DNA of 64,000 nucleotides. It comes from Amoebidium appalachense. Taxonomy: Eukaryota; Protista; Ichthyosporea. The notes beneath the pieces were generated by a model. That model searched no databases and was not told the origin of the DNA. It was given only the letters and a program-made list of their open reading frames with translations. The stretch lies in assembly GCA_963693365.1 (NCBI GenBank), contig CAVNZM010000017.1, positions 1,937,276-2,001,275 of the forward strand. Direction: 5' to 3'. Of this stretch, positions 1 through 58,368 are shown in pieces; position 1 is the stretch's first letter, and every line of letters begins with the position of its first letter. Made by a program: the position numbers and the translations under genes.

Positions 1-34348
<34,348 letters not shown>

Positions 34349-35117
34349 GATCTAGAATAAGGCCCTTTTATGCATGTGTGCTGGTGGTAGTTCCAAAGGT
34401 TTTGCCAGGTGAAAATAAATACTGTGACGATTCTCAGTTATTAATCTAGCAACTCGATCACGTGTACATATGTACAGTGCGACTATTATGTACTACTATA
34501 GGCCCTATGTATAGGGTGGCGCTTCAAGAAGTTCCGAGGCCCCAGGGTTACGGATCTTGACTTGTAGTGCCATGGCCATAGTGACACTGCGTGTATACAT
34601 CTTGTTCATATCTAAATTCAGCCATTCAACCTTCATCTTTCTACACTGATGTAGTGACTAAACAGACAACATCTCTGCTATTACGTAAGCCTTTTAAATT
34701 TTGTGTGTCGAACCTTAGTAATTCTGTAAGCTCAAATGTCAAACAATTTTCCTAATATTAGAGCTAGTCATAGGGTTACAAAATGACTGTCCACAGAGCC
34801 AGTACTGAAGAAATACATGGAATGAAACCCAATCAATTGCAAATATACACATCCGTCAACACGTTGACCGGGGCGGGCGCCGGGGGGGGGGGGGGGGGGG
34901 GTCATACAGGTGATTCGACCTAAATCCGCCATGTGGCCCAGTTGACTTTAAAAACATATTCTTATTGGGCTATCCAGTGGGGATGATTCAAGCATTGCCC
35001 AGCCACCCGTAGTATCTGTATCTGACAACCGCCCTTTAAGCTCAGGTTACTCCAATCTAAGGTGTTTGTGGGTCTAGATCTGATGATTAAATGAGGTTCC
35101 GGTCCCAGTGTGTAACA

Positions 35118-35184
<67 letters not shown>

Positions 35185-35681
35185 CCGCACGGTGCATATT
35201 TATGTAACATATCTACATCTATGTTTATAATGATCAGGCTATAGCATAACATGAAGGTCCAAGTTTATTTCGTTCCACAAAAAACATATTCACAACCAGT
35301 GCTTTCTCTTCACACCATACACGTGCACACACAAAAAAAATATTCACATTCATCATACGCTTAGATAGCAGCTTCACCAAATATATAGCGAGACATTCCA
35401 AATGCGAAAATTCAACCGAAAAACTTCATATAAATCGGTAAAATCTACCGGATAGAAGTGGAATGTACGACTGTGCGTAATTCACACTCTGGGAGTTCAT
35501 GAATCATAAATAAATATATACATATCTCTCATAGGTACAACCCTTCGTAGCTACAGTTCCAGTCAAACCCCGCCGGTTTCTCCCCATATTACCACCACAC
35601 GCAAGTTCAACGTTAACACACTACCCTAACTACAGCAATAACAAAAAAAAACAAAACACAACAGCCTGTTCAAGCCAAGAT

Positions 35682-36341
35682 CTATACCACTTTCAGCGCC
35701 TCAAACTTTGCCGCCAACCGTTCATACAATTCTGGGCAGGTTCCCGTGGTCAACCACTCTACCGCCTCTGCCCACCACGCCGCCGCAAATCGCTTGTTCC
35801 ACTCACCCTCGTTATTTCCCCCCTCTTCACCCAACAAAGGCGGGGGGGCGCCAAACAGGAGCTCATACGCCGACCGCAACGCGCCAATCACATCTCGGAT
35901 GCGCGCATCCTGCTCATCTATCAACGGATACGGGCTGTGATACTCTGGAGTGCCGACAATCAACTCGCAATTGAGTTCGTTTAAACGGTCGGCGCTTGAC
36001 CAATCGTTGAGCAGGAGGTTGTTGGACGGGTCGAGGTACATGTTGGCAGGCTTAATATCGCGATGCACCACCCCGGCCTTGTGCACATCTCTCAGCAACA
36101 GCATCAGCTGCTTGATGTGTTTCCCCGTGGCCCTTTCCCCATCCTCCGTTTGGGGCCAAAGAGGCTTTCCGATGGGCTCCACCACAAGATAACCGTAGCC
36201 ATCCGTTGTGTTTCCCACCTTCTTGGCCCGCGGAACAAAACCAATTTCTTTACTCTCGAGACGCGTTAGAATGGCGTGTTCGCGGTGGCAGGGGGAAGAG
36301 GAGTTGGTCCCATGAGGCTCCTTGTCCAACTTTACCACCAC
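35682..36341 (-). CDS. Protein kinase domain exon (last exon of the CR-like gene)
   Basis: VVVK (subdomain II), REHAILTRL (alpha-C Glu), VVHRDIKPANMY (catalytic loop), NDWS (DFG equivalent), GTPEY. Confidence 0.9.
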   Translation of the reverse strand: MVVKLDKEPHGTNSSSPCHREHAILTRLESKEIGFVPRAKKVGNTTDGYGYLVVEPIGKPLWPQTEDGERATGKHIKQLMLLLRDVHKAGVVHRDIKPANMYLDPSNNLLLNDWSSADRLNELNCELIVGTPEYHSPYPLIDEQDARIRDVIGALRSAYELLFGAPPPLLGEEGGNNEGEWNKRFAAAWWAEAVEWLTTGTCPELYERLAAKFEALKVV

Positions 36342-38950
36342 CTGAAAGCGTAACGAGGTGGTGAGAATCTCTGCCAACCTGTTTCTCTCTGCTGTTATGC
36401 AGCCTACCATACCATCAACTCCGTCGCAGTATCCCTTTCTTCGTTGTCTTCAAGCAGATTAACATCTAACTAAATTCCATATATGGCCAGTGTGCCTATA
36501 CACGTGCACCCTGACCATGAACCAACGCATATGAAGCACAGAGAGAAGATACCTGATGTTCTTTGTGCACGCAGTGTTAGTCCATATGTGCCCGTACTGC
36601 AAAACAAACAATGGAAAAGACACGCGCAAGCAAGAGGGGAACACATGTGTTTTTGTAATTAACGAACATGACATACTATGCCCCTTGGTGGTCTGTGTTT
36701 CGGGTTGTTCATGCAGGTGGTGGTGAGAAGAGAGAGCAGAATGCGAGGGACGGGGAGGAGGAAAGAGGAAGGGGGAGGGGGGGAGGGGGGTGGGGGGTAC
36801 GGAGTATGATGTACACATTGACAATGGGAGAGGCAATGCGTACTTACAAAGAAGAACACATTAAGGGACGTGTGCGTGTGTGTGTGTGGGGGGGGGGGGG
36901 GGGGGGGGGGGGGGGAAGGGGGGGGGAGGAGGATTGCACTAGAAGGGGGAAAGAAGATTAATAAAGCAAGGTCACCGAAAGCCGGACCACAAAGCTAAAG
37001 AGAATAAGCCGAGCTTGTTCTAAGAAGTGCCTTAGTTCATTCACTAATCGAAAGAAGCTCCAAGAATGTGAATCAGAGGGAGGGACAGAGTGAGCCTTGC
37101 CCAAGCAGTGTGTGAGTGCTTGTGGAATGTGAGCATATGCGAGGCTCGCGGTTGTATGGTTGTGTGTGGTTGCGGGCATGCTGGTGCGTGTGTGGGGCTT
37201 TCGGAGTATACGGTGTGCCAGCATAGCACTTACTCCCCATAAAGGCCCAACCTTTGGAACCTTGGAACACAAAACCAAACACCCACCACACGTTTCTGGT
37301 TTCCTGTCGGCTCTCCCTTGAAGGCGATTGTAAACGCTCCCACACCTAATGCTCGATTGATAGTGAACTCCGGGTTGTTGTCAAACACAGACATGTCTGG
37401 CAGCCAGAATCCAATCTCCCTGGGATCCTGTGACAAAAGACCAAAAAGCATGTTCCAACCGTCTTTTCCGGTGTAAACCATACTGTGTTCGTAGATAAAA
37501 CCCGTTGACCTGACCCTTATAATTTTGAAAAATTGAAATAGATATCCATCAGTTAGCGTGACCACGATAAACGCACGGTGGGGCTGTTCTTTTTCGAGCA
37601 GATCACAGGCAAAATCCCAAACACGCCCTTGCTCCTCAGGAGAAAAACTGCCCATGCCTCTGGGCCTTTTCACTTCAATCATGGTGGTAATTGCCAGGGG
37701 CCCGTCACGGTTGGGAAGGTAACACGGGATGTCAGGTTTACGCGAACCAAAACTAGGGGCTTTCTCTCGGTCACACAATGGGACGCTGCGGAACTGTGTT
37801 TCGAAATCGGGCACGTTCTGTAACACCTTCTGGATAAAATCCTGTGCTTCTGCTTCGGTCCTCTTCTCCGCAACAACTCCCACCTCCGCCCCACACTCGA
37901 GCTCGACCGGGGGCCAACTTGGCTGCAGTACCTGCAACCGGCCAGCTTTCTTCGCCTCCTGGAACATGCGGCTGTAGCTCGACTCTGTGCGAACACCGGG
38001 ACGCCGTGCCAATGATGCCTGAGCAACTGCCGAAGAAGAACCTGTTAGTTGCCTTATGGAGAGCTGGGTCACTGCATTGCACAGCCTTTCGGTGCCTTGC
38101 CCAAACCAATGTTCAAGAAAGGCAAAACCAACCAACCCGAAGGAATCAATAGCACAGGTTGAGCAAAATATACACTAACAGAACTAAAGACCGCAAAGGT
38201 GATCCGCAAGGTCGGTCAGACAGCTTGTACTTTGCGTTTCTGAGCACTGTTGCTTGTTCAGGTGCACAAGGAGGCAACCTACGGCAGAGAGGAAAGTGCT
38301 GATGATCAAAGGCTTGACTTGACTTACGTAGCTGAAAGACGCACAGCTAACTACAACAGCTTTTCGCCTCAATAAACTCATAAAAGAACTCTAAGAACTT
38401 TACCTTTCATATCCAGGTCAGAAAGTTTGTCCGAAAACTCTGCAAGAACGGCCTTCTCCTTTTCCAAACGTGCTACCTCGTCGTCCTTCTCCTTTCTCAA
38501 ACGTGCTACCTCGTCGTCCTTCTCCTTTCTCAAGCGTTCTACCTCGTTGTCCTTCTCCTTTCTCAAGCGCTCTACCTCCTTTTCCAAACGTGCTACCTCG
38601 TCGTCCTTCTCCTTTCTCAAACGTGCTACCTCGTCGTCCTTCTCCTTTCTCAAACGTGCTACCTCGTCGTCCTTCTCCTTTCTCAAACGTGCTACCTCGT
38701 CATCCTTCTCCTTTCTCAAACGTGCCAACTCTTCGTTCTTCTCCTTTTTCAGATCTTCCTTTTCCGTTTTGTAATATTCCTTCTCCTTTATCAAGCCCTC
38801 TTCCCTCTTACTGATTTGGTTTACTTCGATTTCCAATCGTGATACTTGAAACCTCAGGATTTCACATTCAAACGTTGAATCCTGTTTCGCCCCTATCTCT
38901 TCCTTCCGCCTCTCCTCCCGGTTTGTTACGTGCTGCTCCTCATCACCCAT
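35682..38950 (-). CDS. Crinkler(CR)-like protein: N-terminal coiled coil + PD-(D/E)xK restriction-endonuclease-like domain + Ser/Thr kinase (spliced)
   Basis: Exon 38950-38404 (ATG to G|GTAAAG). Middle exon from ~38100-38030 (acceptor ambiguous) to 37287 (GTG|GTGGGT). Last exon 36341-35682 (tttcag|GTG...TAG). Splicing joins the Gly-rich loop LGVGAFTIAFKG to VVVK, followed by HRDIKPAN, LLNDWSSA and GTPEY. The nuclease-like segment is RKPDIPCY...IEVKRP...EEQGRV...RAFIVVTLTDG. Confidence 0.75.
37287..38100 (-). CDS. PD-(D/E)xK nuclease-like domain exon plus start of kinase N-lobe
   Basis: KPD...IEVK motif with a downstream Q-helix and LTDG strand, typical of REase domains paired with kinases in CR/FunK1-like proteins. 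5' boundary uncertain. Confidence 0.7.
38450..38745 (-). repeat. Coding 33-bp tandem repeat (11-aa unit RLRKEKDDEVA) in the coiled-coil exon
   Basis: Seven near-identical 11-aa units plus one 7-aa unit (RLEKEVE); DNA unit on + strand aaacgtgctacctcgtcgtccttctcctttctc. Confidence 0.95.
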
Positions 38951-39888
38951 CTTTTCGCTACTTTCAACCCTGCTTCTTCATTAAACCTAGCAAAATGCGC
39001 CCTTCATTACTTTGTCTTTTTAACCCCTTGGTTCCACGTCATCGTTCGTACTCAAACAGCGGTGTGGCGACTTGATCTCAAGTTGCGACTTAAGGTCCGG
39101 CGGGATATGGATTTTGGACCCCAGCAAAATTTTATTGCGCCCCGGCCGACTCAGATTGCGGCGGTTCGATTGGATGCTGCTTCACCACAATAGATGAAAT
39201 TTGGATCGCACTGAAAACAGGTGTAGATATATAGCGCAAAAACTGTCCGGTCGTTTTCTATGATCATAAAGGTGAAAATACACTTATAAACCCACGACCG
39301 GTCACGTGATCCGACCGAACCGATTCGGGTCGGGTCACGGTTCAGGCCGGGTCACGGGCCGGTCCGGTGAAAAATTAGGAAGTTTTGACCCGAAATGCGT
39401 TCTCTGCGGCAATCGACGCGTCTCCCCGAGCCCATCCTGGGAGTGCAAAAAAAAAATTTCGGGTCGGGTCTAAAACTTGAGATTTTCGCGAAAAACATAT
39501 ATCCAGCCCGGTATGGGCTGCGCATCATAGACATTTTTCTTTACTAAAATTTGGCACCCACGTAACACAACAATCCCCCGCACCTACCCCAAACTGCAAA
39601 AACACCACCACACCACCGCCACCCGTAAAAAGAAAAGCACGGGCATCACCCAAAAAATCCCACGTGCACACAAACATACCCCCCACGCACACCCGGCCAG
39701 CCTGCCCGGACTGCCGGCACAAACAGAGACCCACAGTGCCAAGGCCTTCTAAGTAGGAGTGTTATTTAGGAGGCCTTAACAGTGCCCTGGAAACCACACA
39801 TTTTAGCACACAAACAAATTGCCACAACTTATGTAAAACTATAAACCCTGTAGGTAGCAATCCCCTACCACCACCACCTCCACACCTT

Positions 39889-40064
39889 ACCACCCCACCA
39901 TCCCGATACTCCCCGTTATAACACAGCACACACGACACAGGACATTTCCACTTCTGTAGATCGACCACCCCACCATCCCGATACCCCCCGTTGTAACACA
40001 GCACACATGTGCACAGGGCCGTGGCACACACGACACAGGACATTCCACTTCTGTAGATCGACCA
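39889..40064. repeat. Two-copy tandem duplication (~77 bp; second copy has a ~21-bp insertion)
   Basis: accaccccaccatcccgatac...aacacagcacaca...cgacacaggacatt(t)ccacttctgtagatcgacc twice. Confidence 0.85.
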
Positions 40065-41432
40065 ATGAGGGCCTGTGGATAACGTTTATTTTTAGGATTT
40101 GATGTAGGGGAGGACTGCCTGCGTGGCTGGGGTATTAACTCTGGGCAAAGTGAGTGAGTACGTATACAGGATTGTGAAGGATGGTTTAACATCGCTGAGC
40201 ACATAGATAGCAACCGAACTGTCGGTGCGCTGTGTGGAAGACGGTGGTCCTGATAAGGCCCCCGGGCCTTAAATTGAATAAAAATAAAAAGAGAACACCC
40301 ACCATCCACCCACACCCACACCCACACCTTTCTCCTTGGGCAGGGACCGCGTACAATAGATTTAAGGTGATGGCACTTTATTATTATCGACCGGTAAGAC
40401 CATACACAACGTGAAAGTGTGCAGAACATATGGAAGCCGTATCTACATTGTGAGATATAAAAACGGGCACACGTCCCCTCTCGCTACATAGGCTTCACAT
40501 GTTAACCCAGTCTAAACAGAGGAAACAAGTCAGTACTAGTGTATTACATATAATCATTGTTGTTTCGGAGATGAAAAAAACATAGCTGCAACGTTAGGAC
40601 AAAGTTTAAAAATGAAAGAAAACAAATGGTTAGTACTACTCTAACAAGAAACACACACCAACCTAAGGAACACTTTTACATTTCACACAACCAATATATC
40701 CTTGATGGTTAGGCATCCCCACCACCCCATGACCATTCAATAGGTGGTGTTGCTATAATACTTCAGCCGAAAACTCTATAGCCCACGTCACACCCACGGC
40801 TATACATTCCCTGACGCTGTGTGCAAATTCTTAACTCAGGCCCCATAACCAACACAAGCATTATAAAAATAAAAGTAACTGATTAACTCGCAGTAGTGAA
40901 AAGACCGGGGGCAAAGTTGCCACATAAGAAAAACTAAAGATATTAATGAAAAGAAAGCACCAGAAAGAAAAGAAGAAGAAAAGACCAAAAAAAAAAAAGG
41001 GAACGGGCTTGAGGCAACTTTGCAGAAATAGGGTAGGACATCAGCCCTCATCAGATACAAACATCAAAATGCGTAACCCTGCCTATGTCTTCAACTCTGA
41101 AGCTAACCCCCCCTTCCCATCTCCCCGGGCTATGTTCCAACTCCGTATGCCTTGTGTCTATACATGCCATTTTTTGCTCTTGCCAAAAACCAAAGCCCCC
41201 CCCCCCCCCCCCCCCCCCCCCCAACAAAAAAAAAGAAAATGTATTAAAACCCACACCACTACCCCCAAAACAACGCACACAGGTTGAAACAAAAACCCCA
41301 TACTGATGGTTCCCACCGGGAACACATCACAGTATTAACCCCCCCCCCCCCCCCCCCCCATCCCCCCAACCCCATTTCCCCGGAAACGCACCAGGAAATT
41401 TGGGTAAAAAACCCCGGAAATTCCCCGTTCGT

Positions 41433-52973
<11,541 letters not shown>

Positions 52974-53793
52974 CCTGTCAGCGGGGAAAATGGGGTTAAA
53001 CCCGTTAGCGTAGCCGTAAGACATAACATAACATTCAGGAAAACAGAGGGAAATAAACAAGTTCTGTGAACAGCATGGTTCCCAACTGCACATGCACGCA
53101 CGAAAAACAAACCACAGGTCACAAAGCAGCGTCTATCCTACAGCTTGAAAAAAGAGTGTTGGCTTAATCTTGATCTCACGTCGTTTTCTATCAGCCAATG
53201 AAACCACAGAAAACTCGTAGAAAGAAAAGCACATACCAACAAAACATCAAAAACCCATTAGTAGCGCCCCATTCCCCCGTCTCCTCCCCCCCCCCCCCCC
53301 CTCCCCCTCCATCTATCTCTCTCTCTCTCTATCGCTTTCTCTCTCTCTCTCTCTCTATCCCCCCCCTCCCCTCCCACCATCCCTGGGTGGGTATTCTCCC
53401 TCCCTCCGCTTCTCTCCCTTTCCACTCTCTCCTCACAAAGGAAAGCCAACAGCCAAACACATCTAAACACCAGCCAAACACATGCATTCGTGGAAAAAAG
53501 GGACATATACAACTGCTCCAGTCATACGAATCAAAAATAACGGTGGACAATATACATTGGGGAAATCTAAGACACACACACACAACAGATGCATGGCTTA
53601 GTAATAAAAACACCAAACAGGCAGTACCAGAGAGTTGAAAGGGAGGAGTGAGTGAAGGCCGAAGGGGAAAATACAACTCGTGTAGCTGCGCACAAAAGGC
53701 CATGCTAAGACCATGCAAGTGATGCCATTGAGACATGGAAGGGAGCAATCATGTGTGTCTGTTGTGTCTCATCAAAGCGTGTGTGTGTTTTGT

Positions 53794-53827
<34 letters not shown>

Positions 53828-53857
53828 GTGTGAGCGTTTAGAGAGGGGGTGGGGAGG

Positions 53858-54003
53858 TGTGTTTGAAAGCGATTCAGGGCACAAAGCGCACGTGCATAAC
53901 GGACGACACGAAGCATTTTACCAACCACACATAAAGAGTATGCATAAAAAACAGAGCCCATCCTCAGGGGGGGCCTGAGTCATCCACAGTCCCCGCGCTT
54001 CAA
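53858..54003 (-). ncRNA. Putative structured RNA motif, copy 2 (dispersed homologue; possibly a short truncated retroelement 3' end)
   Basis: Shares acataaagagtatgcataa, cagagcccatcctcagggggggcc, gtcatccacagt and gtgtttgaa with 45328-45475; differences in the stems keep pairing. Confidence 0.5.
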
Positions 54004-55028
54004 TCCAATCGGGGGAAAAGTTTCAAGGGGGGGGGGGGGGGGGGGGGATGGCTGATGTGCGAATGGGTGGTGAAAACCAGACCGAAATTAAAACACAAGG
54101 AAAAACAAAAAAAATACAAAAAAAGGAACCAAAAAACCGTCAAGGCAAAAGGCATTTACACATAAACACCATCGTCAAATGGGTGTCTTCAAAAGAAGAA
54201 AGAAAAGAAGTTCACGGAAACACCCGCAGGCCAACATCTGACAACGGACACACCATGAATCCCCAGAGGAAAGGGACAGGGTGGGAGTGGGGGGAGGAGG
54301 GTTGTGGGGGGGCGGGGGAGGGAGGGGGCGGGGGGAGGGGGTGGACAAAAGGAAGGCGGTATGGTGTGAAAAGAGCAACGTGCAGGGAAAGGGTGGTAGA
54401 GAATGGGATTGGCGGTTGCCAAGGAAAGAACATGGGAGGGTGCAACGAATCGAGACGTAGAGTGACACTGCCATGAGGGGAGGTGAAAGAAAAACAGGTT
54501 GTGTGCCCGATTAGTATGTAACATGGAGAGGGGGGTAGGGAGGAGGGAGGGGACCCCACTTAATGAGGCTTGACTGGTATGACTGTAAGACGTATATGTT
54601 TTTACAGGAAAAATGACCTACATGTGGTCTAAAGCAGGTATGCCCAGTTGATAGCAACACGACAGGAGAAGGGCAAGAACCAACGTAGGCAGTAGTTATG
54701 AATGCAGCAAGGGGAGAGAAGACAGTGAAAGCTTGAAGCCACCATCGCTCAAACTGTACCACCGACATGCACTGAAGCAGAGGTTCATATGACCGTCCCC
54801 AAAGTTGAAACATGAAGCGCATCCAGAGGGACAAAGGTTGCTTAATGCCCCAAAAAACACAGCAAATTCTTATACACCACTTGTAGAACGCATGTGTTAC
54901 TATGTGGCTGTCGCTCATTTATAGAGTACGTGTACGTTAAACCCGAGAAAACGAGGATGTGACTACGCAGTCAAACACCCGTAAAAGGAAAGAACACACA
55001 CCGAGCCACACATGGAAAATTGACTCAC

Positions 55029-55062
55029 CTTCAATTTCTCAGGAGCACTTTGGCCCCACCTC
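55029..55062 (-). other. Candidate 34-nt 5'-UTR exon of the Ras gene
   Basis: ttttacttgcag|...gaag|gtgagt on the minus strand. The Ras ATG is preceded by an acceptor (ttttccccgctgacag|G ATG at 52975/52974), so an upstream non-coding exon is expected. Confidence 0.45.
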
Positions 55063-56907
55063 CTGCAAGTAAAAACGGTGCAATGCCCTTCAGGCGGCTA
55101 GGCGAACCGTGCCAAAGTCGATGCGGCAAACTAATATAAAAACGAGGGAACCCCAAACAACTTCTCAAACTAACGATAATGTGCCCGTTGTACACGTTTT
55201 TGCATACAAATTTTTTGTACCTTACATAAGAAAAAATTATAGCAGGCTTCTGTGTACGCATTGGGATTATGCTCTTTCCTAGTCAAAGCATCGAGCTACC
55301 GTATACAGCTCCCTCATACCACGATGACTACTTGATAGAGTTTGTCACCTACATACACCGTCCGTGTTTCCTGTAAAGCGTATAGCGATGTCTCTACTTC
55401 ATCATGACAATGACTCAGTGCTGTGCTGGTATAATTCGCCAAAAAAAATATAAAAAACACCACTGGAATCGTGACTCGATGTGTGTGTGGCCTGACTTTG
55501 CGATTTGCGATTTACGTTTTCTTGGCGCCCCCGGAATCCCCGGTACAAGATCGTGGCTTTCACATGTTTAATTCGGCCAATCAAAGAAGGTCCATAGTGG
55601 GGAAGCATTTGGGTACACCACTAATAAATAGCTATATCTACTATAAACATCTTGTTTATCGTTATAAATATACGAAAAATATATTTAGTTACTAAATGGG
55701 TTGCAAAAGCAGGACCTGAAGCCATCTTTTTAATGGTTGTTGGGCGATGCACTTGTTGGTCGTATGGGGAAATATCACGCGTAATAAGGTCTGGAATTCC
55801 TATTCCACAGGATACGCAATCCTGATTGGCAGCCCGTCAGGTGGTCTTTAACCATTTCACTTTCGAGGTCCTCGATAATATCGTAATTCGGGGCAGTGGG
55901 CCAGTGGCTGAAGTGATGCTACCGAAAATGAAAGTTGTTACTAAACACAAAACACAAAAACTAGGATTTATCGGAGACGGCAGTAGCCAGGATTTGGAAA
56001 AAAGGTTGCCGGAATACTATATTAGTGGATAAACCGTCACAGTAAGAAAATCATTAGCAATGCCCGGCGTAAACACGTGTTCACCCCATGCCTGCTACGG
56101 TATGTGGCCACCCGCTCAATTCTGCCTACCTCTTAGCAGCCCTAGGCCATGCACATTGCCAGCCTGGTACCCATCGGATCCTTGTGAACGGGTCATGCCC
56201 ATATGGTGATCACGAATTTGCATGGCCAAGTCCGGTTGCAAGTATCTTGGGGTTTACACACTTTTTATTGCGTGGACACTGCCGGAGGCCCAGCCACATT
56301 CGACGGCCTACTGCGTTTTCCAGCACAGCCAATCAAATGCAGCCAGTGACATATGTACATGCTAGGCAACAATGAGCGCCATCGTAGTATATGACACCCC
56401 TATTACATATTATGGGTAAGCAGAGGCTAGCTAGCATCGATATCGGTAGCTCCGAAAGAAAGTTAAGGCACCGGATCACAATATCATACTGTGCAGCATT
56501 AATAAGGTGATCTAGGATAGTCATCTTAAAACGGATATATTGAGGAAGAGAGGAAGAAAAGAGGATAAAACCGCCAATAACCTCCGGTTCTAATACATTA
56601 GCTAACAGGTTGCATTTATTGATAGATACAAGTAGGTCTGTGCGCCGGCTGTCGCCGGCGCCAAAACATAACGAGACAGTTATTGATGTTGGGTTGTGTG
56701 GTTGTTACCTCCCTCTCCCCTCCCCCCCCCGGCCCCCCCCCCCCCTCCCTCGCCTCACGCTTCCCCCCCCCCCCCCTGGCCCCCCCGCCTCACGCTTCCT
56801 CCCTTCCCCCCCCCCCCCCCCCCAAAATCCTGCAGTTGCTGGATCTGCCAAATGTTATGACCCTTTTCCCTTTCATTTACCCCCCCCCTCCCCCCCCCCC
56901 CCCCCAT

Positions 56908-56938
<31 letters not shown>

Positions 56939-57214
56939 TCCCCCCTCCCCTTTCTTGCCACACCGTGTTATCAGTCTAGGGCCGGGAGAGATTGCCATTG
57001 CCGAAGTACCAAGTTTACTTGTGGTCCTCCAAAAACATGTAGCTGAAAACCACCAAGTGCAATATGTTCTAAATTGCTTGCAAAATTTTTATAATATTTT
57101 TATTATTTTGTTGTTTTACTTATTTTACAGAACTGTTTGGTAACCCGATGATATGCATGGACAGGCAATAAAACTTTCCACGTGCACTGAGTGCCAGGTG
57201 GGCAACATATTTCA

Positions 57215-57312
57215 GGGACTTCACTTTCACTTCGATCTCTTAGCTGTCACGTCAACTTTTTTTGGGACTTCACTTTCACTTCGATCTCTTAGCTGTCACG
57301 TCAACTTTTTTT
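57215..57312. repeat. Tandem repeat 2 x 49 bp
   Basis: gggacttcactttcacttcgatctcttagctgtcacgtcaacttttttt twice. Confidence 0.9.
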
Positions 57313-58297
57313 CCCGATTCTTCACCATGGCAGGTATATAAAGGCTTTCGTTTCTTCTTTTTGTGGTGGGAGGGAGTCCCACTCAGGGGAATGTGACTGC
57401 AGCGTGTGTGTGGTGTGGCCTGGTGTATTCCTACTGCTGTGAGAGTGTGGGGGCATCTCCCTTTCGCGGAGTTTCTCGCTTGAGAAGTGGTTTCTTCAAC
57501 GCCTGGTGGTCCACTGCAACCTATGGTAACTTCTACACGCTGTCTACGCTTCTACGCGACCTATTGGCGGTGGGCTGCTGCAACTTCTTCAGCTACTTCT
57601 GCGCTGCGCGAGTGGAGGGGCGGCTACTTGGTCGTCGGGGAGCTTTCCAAGTGACTGCCAATCCTTAGCCTCCAGTCGTATGGCAATGACCGGGTTTGCT
57701 TGCATGCATTCTGTAATTGTGTTTTTCTGTGTGTCCTGCCACAACTAGGCCACCTTATCAGAGAGCTAGATGCAGTTTCTCCGGGTTATCTAGGGGCCGG
57801 GCCCGTTGGGATTGTTTTTTAGCTCAGATTTGGTCTGCATTGCTCTTTTAGAGGCTGACTTGCTTGCTGTGCCTCGATAGGTTTTGAGGGGGGCCTGTTG
57901 GGAAGGAGCAGTAATGATGTCTTCTTGCAGAATGTGGTCTGGTCAACATCGATGCATATGACTAGTTGGAGCAAACTAGTTTCACGCATACACGTACACT
58001 TACGGTTTTGCCCGCTGGTGTCCTTTGTCACTTGTCGCTTTATTTTTATTTCGTAGCTTTGGCTTTTTCAGTTCTATTGGTGGTTATGTAGCCTGTGGCT
58101 GCACGTTGCCTTCATCAACGGATCAATAAACCCGAGTCAAAAGAAAAAAAAGAAAATATTTCAGTGAAGTCTGGAATTGGCACCCCCCCCCGAAATGTTC
58201 CCGAACATAAAATCATCATTCTACGGTGTGTGTCAATATACCATGCTCACAAGTCAGTACTGCAATTATAATACTATTCTCAGTTTACTTCAAAGCA

Positions 58298-58368
<71 letters not shown>

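Noticed and set aside
55700-57700. Short ORFs or possible exons at 55826-56032, 56333-56524 and 57363-57668
   Set aside because: No recognisable motifs and no consistent splice chain could be built.
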